Of a stretch of DNA of 64,000 bases, positions 59,071 to 64,000 are shown piece after piece. The notes under the pieces are model-generated. The model ran no database searches, was not told where the DNA came from, and saw only the letters and a list, made by a program, of their open reading frames with translations. Both the position numbers and the translations under genes were made by a program. Position 1 is the first letter of the stretch. Each line of letters starts with the position of its first letter. This stretch comes from Ostreococcus lucimarinus (lineage: Eukaryota), in the NCBI GenBank assembly GCA_000092065.1, contig CP000583.1; one strand, given 5' to 3'.

Positions 59071-61716
59071 ATGACGTCGTCCGCGTCGGCGATGTTTGCG
59101 CACGCGACGACGGGCGCGCGCGGCGCGTCGACGGTGCGCGCGCGCGCGAGGACGTCGGTGACGACGACGGGCGCGCGCGCGACGATCGCGCGCGGCGCCG
59201 GGGCGCGGCGAAGCGCGCGCGCGACGGCCGAGGACGGGCGCCGCGATGGAGGGTTTCGTCTCGGGACGGCGACGACGGACGGATGGGCGCGAGCGCGCGC
59301 GATGCGCGGCGAGGGACGAGAGGACAGAGCGGTGATGACGCGCGCGGTGGCGGACGCGGAGGCGGCGCGGGAGGACGACGATAAAAAGTCGCGCGCGAAG
59401 CTCGTGCGAGGGGCGGACGGGAAGTTTTACCGCGAGGGCTCGGAGGGCGGCGGTCGCGGCGGCCGCGGCGGTCGCGGCGGTCGCGGCGGTGGACGCGGTG
59501 GTGGACGCGAAGGTGGACGAGGTGGATTCGGGCGCGGTGCGCGCGGTGGTGCAGGCGGCCGCGGCGATGGGGGTCAACGAAACTTTAGAAACGCGGCCAA
59601 GCCGAGCGGCGGCGGTCGCGCGGGTCGCGGCGGCCGCGGTGGACGACAAGACTTTCGATTCCAAGACGGTCGCAAACCGGGACGCGGCGGTAGACCAAAG
59701 ATGAATATGAGTGGTGCGAGTGGTAGCGATCAAGTGAAACAGCGACGAGGAAGCAAAGCGGCAAAGAGCGCGCAGCGCAAAAAGGCGCTCGAGGAAAACA
59801 GAGCCGTGGCTGTGGAGATTCTCGAAGTTCCCACGGATGGCATGGCGATCGAAGATCTCACCGAACTTCTCGCCACGACGCAAGCGCAAATTATCAAAAC
59901 GCTTTTCATGAAGGGTATCGCGGTTCAAATGGGCCAGTTGCTCGATAAGGAAGCTGTGATTGCCGTGGCTGAGGATATGGAAGTGGAATGGATAGACGAG
60001 GCTGAACAGGGCGTCGCGACGGCGGCAAAGAAGGTGACGCAGTTCTTGAGCGAAGACGACTTCGACTACTTGGTACCGCGAGCACCCGTAGTTACCATCA
60101 TGGGTCACGTCGATCACGGTAAAACATCGCTGTTGGATTACATTCACAAGTCCAAGGTTGCCGCGGGCGAGTCCGGCGGCATCACGCAAGGCATCGGCGC
60201 GTACCAAGTCAGCACCATGGTTGGTGATGAAGAGAAGGATATTACCTTCCTCGACACTCCGGGTCACGAAGCGTTCAGTGCGATGCGTGCTCGTGGTGCG
60301 CGAGTGACGGATATTGCCATAATTATCGTCGCGGCCGACGACGGCGTTCGACCGCAAACGGAAGAGGCTGTATCTCACGCCCGAGCCGCCGACGTTCCGA
60401 TCATCGTCGCCGTCAATAAAATTGACAAAGAAGGCGCGAACGTCGACCGTGTGCGTGATGAACTATCGCGCATCGGTATCATCAGCGAAGAGTGGGGCGG
60501 GGACGTTCCGTTCCTGCCCATCAGCGCCAAGTCTGGCGAAGGTATCGACGAGTTGCTCGAAACTATTTCTCTCACCGCCGAGCTCGCCGAGCTCGTCGCG
60601 AATCCCGATCGCGAAGCTCAAGGTACGGTCATCGAGGCATTCCTCGACAAACAACGTGGTCCGATGGCGACTGTTCTCGTCCAAGCCGGCACTTTGCGCA
60701 TCGGCGATGCGATTCAAATTGGTGGCGCGTATGGCAAAGTGCGCGCAATGGACGACGCAGATGGCACCAAAGTCGAAGAGGCTGGACCATCTATGCCTAT
60801 TCAAATCATGGGCCTCAACGGCGTTCCAGCCGCGGGTGAAGAATTTACCGTCTACGCGTCCGATACCGCGGCTCGTGACAAGGCTGAGCAAGTCCAAAAT
60901 GAGATTCGCAACAACCGCTTGATTGAGGGCAACGTTGTTTCGCTGAGCAACTTGCCGGGCGATGAGGATGGATTACAAAAGATCAATCTCATCGTCAAAA
61001 CAGACGTTAGTGGTTCTTGCGAAGCAGTCAAGGCTGCTCTCAGTGCGTTGCCTCAAGACCGCGTCCAGCTTCGTTTCCTCATGGCCTCTGCAGGCGAAGT
61101 GAGCGAGAGCGACGTCGATTTGGCTTCTGCCTCCGAAGGGATCATCTTGGCTTTCAATACGCCTTGCAGCGACCGAATCGGCGAGATTGCGAAAAAGAGG
61201 AAGGTTGAAGTACGTACTTACGACGTTATCTACGATCTGGTCGATGAAGTTCGTGCGGCAATGGAAGGCATGTTGAGTTCGATCAAGGAAGAAATACCGT
61301 TTGGCAAGGCGACGTGTAAGGCTGTCTTTGGCGGCGGTAAGGCGAAGGTTGCCGGTTGCGAGGTGACTGACGGTTACTTCCAGTCCAAAAAGTACTTGAG
61401 AGTCACTAGAAGGGGCAAAGAAGTGTTCTTCGGTAAGGTCGGCTCACTTCGTCGCGTCAAGGATATCGTCAAGAAGGTTGAGGCTGGCTTAGAATGCGGT
61501 ATCGGCGCCGATCCCGAGTGGGACGGCTTCAAAGCGGGCGACGAACTGGAGTGCTTGGACTTGGTCGATAAGATTCAAACACTCGAAACTGCGAGTGAAA
61601 TTTTGGCAGAACGTGTTGAAGAATACCAAGCTGGTGAGGCCGAGCGTGAAGCCGCGCGAGAAAAGGCCAAGGAAGGTTACCAGCGACAACAACGACGGGC
61701 CGCTCCGTCAAAGTAG
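59071..61716 (+). CDS. infB: translation initiation factor IF-2, bacterial/organellar type, with presequence and RGG-repeat N-terminal region
   Basis: 'VVTIMGHVDHGKTSLLDYI', 'DTPGHEAFSAMRARGA', 'NKIDK', domains II-IV ('ATVLVQAGTLRIGD', C-terminal beta-barrel 'VFGGGKAKVAGCEVTDG'). Confidence 0.9.
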   Translation: MTSSASAMFAHATTGARGASTVRARARTSVTTTGARATIARGAGARRSARATAEDGRRDGGFRLGTATTDGWARARAMRGEGREDRAVMTRAVADAEAAREDDDKKSRAKLVRGADGKFYREGSEGGGRGGRGGRGGRGGGRGGGREGGRGGFGRGARGGAGGRGDGGQRNFRNAAKPSGGGRAGRGGRGGRQDFRFQDGRKPGRGGRPKMNMSGASGSDQVKQRRGSKAAKSAQRKKALEENRAVAVEILEVPTDGMAIEDLTELLATTQAQIIKTLFMKGIAVQMGQLLDKEAVIAVAEDMEVEWIDEAEQGVATAAKKVTQFLSEDDFDYLVPRAPVVTIMGHVDHGKTSLLDYIHKSKVAAGESGGITQGIGAYQVSTMVGDEEKDITFLDTPGHEAFSAMRARGARVTDIAIIIVAADDGVRPQTEEAVSHARAADVPIIVAVNKIDKEGANVDRVRDELSRIGIISEEWGGDVPFLPISAKSGEGIDELLETISLTAELAELVANPDREAQGTVIEAFLDKQRGPMATVLVQAGTLRIGDAIQIGGAYGKVRAMDDADGTKVEEAGPSMPIQIMGLNGVPAAGEEFTVYASDTAARDKAEQVQNEIRNNRLIEGNVVSLSNLPGDEDGLQKINLIVKTDVSGSCEAVKAALSALPQDRVQLRFLMASAGEVSESDVDLASASEGIILAFNTPCSDRIGEIAKKRKVEVRTYDVIYDLVDEVRAAMEGMLSSIKEEIPFGKATCKAVFGGGKAKVAGCEVTDGYFQSKKYLRVTRRGKEVFFGKVGSLRRVKDIVKKVEAGLECGIGADPEWDGFKAGDELECLDLVDKIQTLETASEILAERVEEYQAGEAEREAAREKAKEGYQRQQRRAAPSK

Positions 61717-61792
61717 AGTGCATGTGCGACATAGATAAAATCAAGTTGAACGAATGTGTATAACTAAAACCAACCATTTTTTACAACGTACT

Positions 61793-62331
61793 TCACTCCC
61801 GCCCTGCTTCCTCCTCTCGCTCCCGCGCGCGACGTTTCTCCTCCGCCTTTTTCTTGCGCGCCGCGCCGAGTGCTCGTCTGTCCGCGTCGCTTCGATCCGG
61901 CGCATCGCCCAACTTCACGTTCAACGCGTTCGCGATCATTCTTCGGGCCACCGAAGCGTTCGTCTTCGGTCTCGCCCTCGGCGGTCGCAAATCAAACTCA
62001 GAAACGTCCCCCCTCAGCGTTTCGCTCGTCTCCTCCCACCGCGCGCACCTCGCGTCGCTCCCGAGCGTCCTCGGCGCGCCATCCTCGAGCAACTTTTTCG
62101 CCAGCGCCTCGCTCGCGAACACGCACACCGCGCTCGTCTTCGTTCCCCACGCGATCTTCACCGCGTTCGCGTCTTCGCTCTCGACGATCGCGCGCTCGAT
62201 CTCGCGCGTCTTCGTCGTCGGTCGCAGCCCGAGCAGGACGACGACGTGCGCGGTCGACGTCGTCGCCTTCGACGCGCTCGCGACGTCGAGCGTCCCGACG
62301 CGCGTCGCGAGGTCGTCGACCGCATCGCGCG

Positions 62332-62390
<59 letters not shown>

Positions 62391-62410
62391 GCGCGCGCGC
62401 GCGTCGTCAT
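61793..62410 (-). CDS. hypothetical protein with N-terminal (Gly-Asp)n repeat and Lys/Arg/Glu-rich C-terminus
   Basis: (GTCGCC)9 encodes the GD repeat. Possible RRM-like beta strands 'HVVVLLGL'/'SAVCVFASE' (weak). Confidence 0.35.
62338..62392. repeat. (GTCGCC)9 hexanucleotide microsatellite (coding)
   Basis: Read directly from the sequence. Confidence 0.9.
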
Positions 62411-62436
62411 ATCGCGTCGCCGCGTAACGACCCGCG

Positions 62437-63216
62437 ATGTCCCGACGCGCGCCCGCGTGCGCGCGCGAGCTCTTCGGCGCCTACGCCGACGGCCCGCGAC
62501 GGGCGACGCCCGATCGCGTCGACGCCGTCGCGCCGAACGGCGAGCGACGCGCGTTCGGCCCGTTCGAGCGCTGGGACGCCGACGAACTCGGAAAAACGCT
62601 TTGCGTGTACGTGTACGACGGCATCGACGGCGTCGACGACGACGCCCTGGTCGCGCTCGCGATGCGCGAATCCCGGGACGCGGAAAGCATGCGCGTGTCG
62701 AACATCGGTGGGTTTCACTCGCAGCCGGACGTGTTCGAGCGAGAGAGGCGCGAGACGCGGGCGCTCGCGGCGCTCGCGGAGCGCGCGTGCGCGCGCGCGT
62801 GGGAGGAAAACGACGCGAAGACGACGTTCGTGAAGTCGATGATGGGGAGAGGAGACCCTGCGAAAGTGAGCACGTCGTGGATAAACGTGTGCGAGCGCGC
62901 GGGTGATGGGCACGGGTTGCATAATCACGCGAACGCGGTTTGGAGCGGGGTGTATTACGCGTCGGCGGGCGATCGAGGCGACGACGACGACGACGTCGAC
63001 GAACCGGGCGATTTGTTGTTGCGCGTCTCCGCCGGTGGCGTCGATCCGATGGCAGACACTAGCACTGGATACTGTACATACACGTGCATTAAACCCAAAC
63101 GTCGGCGTTTGGTGGTATTCCCGAGCTGGGTGCTGCACGGCGTGTTGGCGTCCCCCGGCGGAGCGCCGAGAGTTTCCTTTGCGTTCAACACGGGCGAGAC
63201 GGGGGTGAAGTTTTAG
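62437..63216 (+). CDS. 2OG-Fe(II) oxygenase, PF13759-like (family best known from marine cyanobacteria and cyanophages)
   Basis: 'NIGGFHSQPD', 'HGLHNHANAVWSGVYY', 'GDLLL', 'RRRLVVFPSWVLHGVL', 'RVSFAFN'. Confidence 0.6.
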   Translation: MSRRAPACARELFGAYADGPRRATPDRVDAVAPNGERRAFGPFERWDADELGKTLCVYVYDGIDGVDDDALVALAMRESRDAESMRVSNIGGFHSQPDVFERERRETRALAALAERACARAWEENDAKTTFVKSMMGRGDPAKVSTSWINVCERAGDGHGLHNHANAVWSGVYYASAGDRGDDDDDVDEPGDLLLRVSAGGVDPMADTSTGYCTYTCIKPKRRRLVVFPSWVLHGVLASPGGAPRVSFAFNTGETGVKF

Positions 63217-63245
63217 CACATGTAGCAGATATATAGAGATACAAA

Positions 63246-63959
63246 CTATTGCCCACCGCAGCTCGTGGCTTCGTCGTCCATCAAACCCAACGGAGAGTAA
63301 GTTTCTAAAGTAACGCGCTTCGCGTAAGGTCGTTTGTGTACCCACGCCGCGTACGCGAACGCGCTGCCGAGCAAAGCGCCAACGGTGACGTCTTCCCAGT
63401 GGTGCCAGTAATCTCTAATGCGCGTCAAACCGATGAAACCGGCGAGTATGGTTGGTGCTAAAACTATCACTAACTTCCAAATACCCTCCCATCGCCCCAA
63501 TCGACGATCTTGCCCCCCTATTTTCAACCAAGCGGCGAGGTAGAGCGAGCAGTACACGAAGCCGCTAAACGACATCGACGTGTGCCCGCTTGGAAAGCTC
63601 CGCCGTCCTTGCTGCACGACGTCATTCACGCCCGAGCACGAAGGCACACCTACCGAGGCCCACACCTGGTTCCCATCGGGCCAGCATCGCGCGACAAAGT
63701 CTGGTCGAATGCCTCCGATGATGTTTTTCATAGCGCACGTCACGACCCAAGTCAAACCGACGCTCGCGCACAGTCCGCCGATCGCCCGTTCTTTGTGCAC
63801 CGCCGGATTCAACCTCTTCGGCATCAACAGCATGCAAATCAACGGCACGACGAACGCGATGAGCGGCACCACCACCGCCGGCACCGTATTTTCCCCGTGT
63901 GGATACGAATACCGCCACAACAAATCGCCCTGTATGAAGCGTTGATGCGGCGTCGCCAC
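63246..63959 (-). CDS. PAP2-family lipid phosphate phosphatase (may be 5'-truncated by the window edge)
   Basis: 'KNIIGGIRPDF' (KxxxxxxRP), 'SFPSGHTS' (PSGH), 'SRIRDYWHHWEDV' (SRxxxxxHxxxD). 5-6 TM segments. Confidence 0.75.
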   Translation of the reverse strand: MATPHQRFIQGDLLWRYSYPHGENTVPAVVVPLIAFVVPLICMLLMPKRLNPAVHKERAIGGLCASVGLTWVVTCAMKNIIGGIRPDFVARCWPDGNQVWASVGVPSCSGVNDVVQQGRRSFPSGHTSMSFSGFVYCSLYLAAWLKIGGQDRRLGRWEGIWKLVIVLAPTILAGFIGLTRIRDYWHHWEDVTVGALLGSAFAYAAWVHKRPYAKRVTLETYSPLGLMDDEATSCGGQ

Positions 63960-64000
63960 CTCGAGCCACGCCCCGATCCCGAACGTCGACGCGAACAGGA

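Overview
This window is a gene-dense stretch of nuclear DNA from a GC-rich eukaryote, not a prokaryote. Three points support that. It carries spliceosomal introns with GT..AG boundaries and CTGAC/CTAAC branch points about 15-35 nt upstream of each acceptor. It encodes eukaryote-only genes: coatomer epsilon, VPS34, DCN1, seipin, WDR92, GPKOW, TIM23, plant-type TOM22/TOM9, HEI10, SDHAF3 and ATAD1. Bacterial-type genes (gyrB, IF-2, TilS) carry long Arg/Ala/Ser-rich N-terminal extensions typical of organelle transit peptides. Plastid-related products (a triose-phosphate/phosphate translocator, a PsbP-like and an LHC-like protein, lumenal proteins with twin-arginine motifs, a Rho-N protein) together with a plant-type TOM9 suggest a photosynthetic green-lineage picoalga; this is an inference and not a database hit. 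WDR92 implies a flagellate. I call about 45 protein-coding genes on both strands. Most have no introns. Coatomer epsilon has one intron, the SERBP1/Stm1-like gene has one, HEI10 has two and VPS34 has seven. GC content is uneven. Conserved coding cores sit near 50% GC. Gene 5' ends, divergent promoters and N-terminal extensions are extremely GC-rich, and long spurious Arg-rich ORFs in many frames arise there. GATCG-type microsatellites recur in divergent promoter regions. The candidates I rank highest for novelty are: (1) a polyphosphate-glucokinase/ROK-like domain with a degenerate phosphate-binding loop fused to an EF-hand and a thioredoxin-like domain; (2) a DUF924 domain fused to TilS; (3) a three-exon HEI10/CCNB1IP1 meiotic crossover E3 ligase gene; (4) a 1300-aa protein with no recognisable domains; (5) two compositional classes of intron. 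I could not scan for tRNA or ncRNA without tools. All coordinates derived from codon counting may be off by 1-2 nt.
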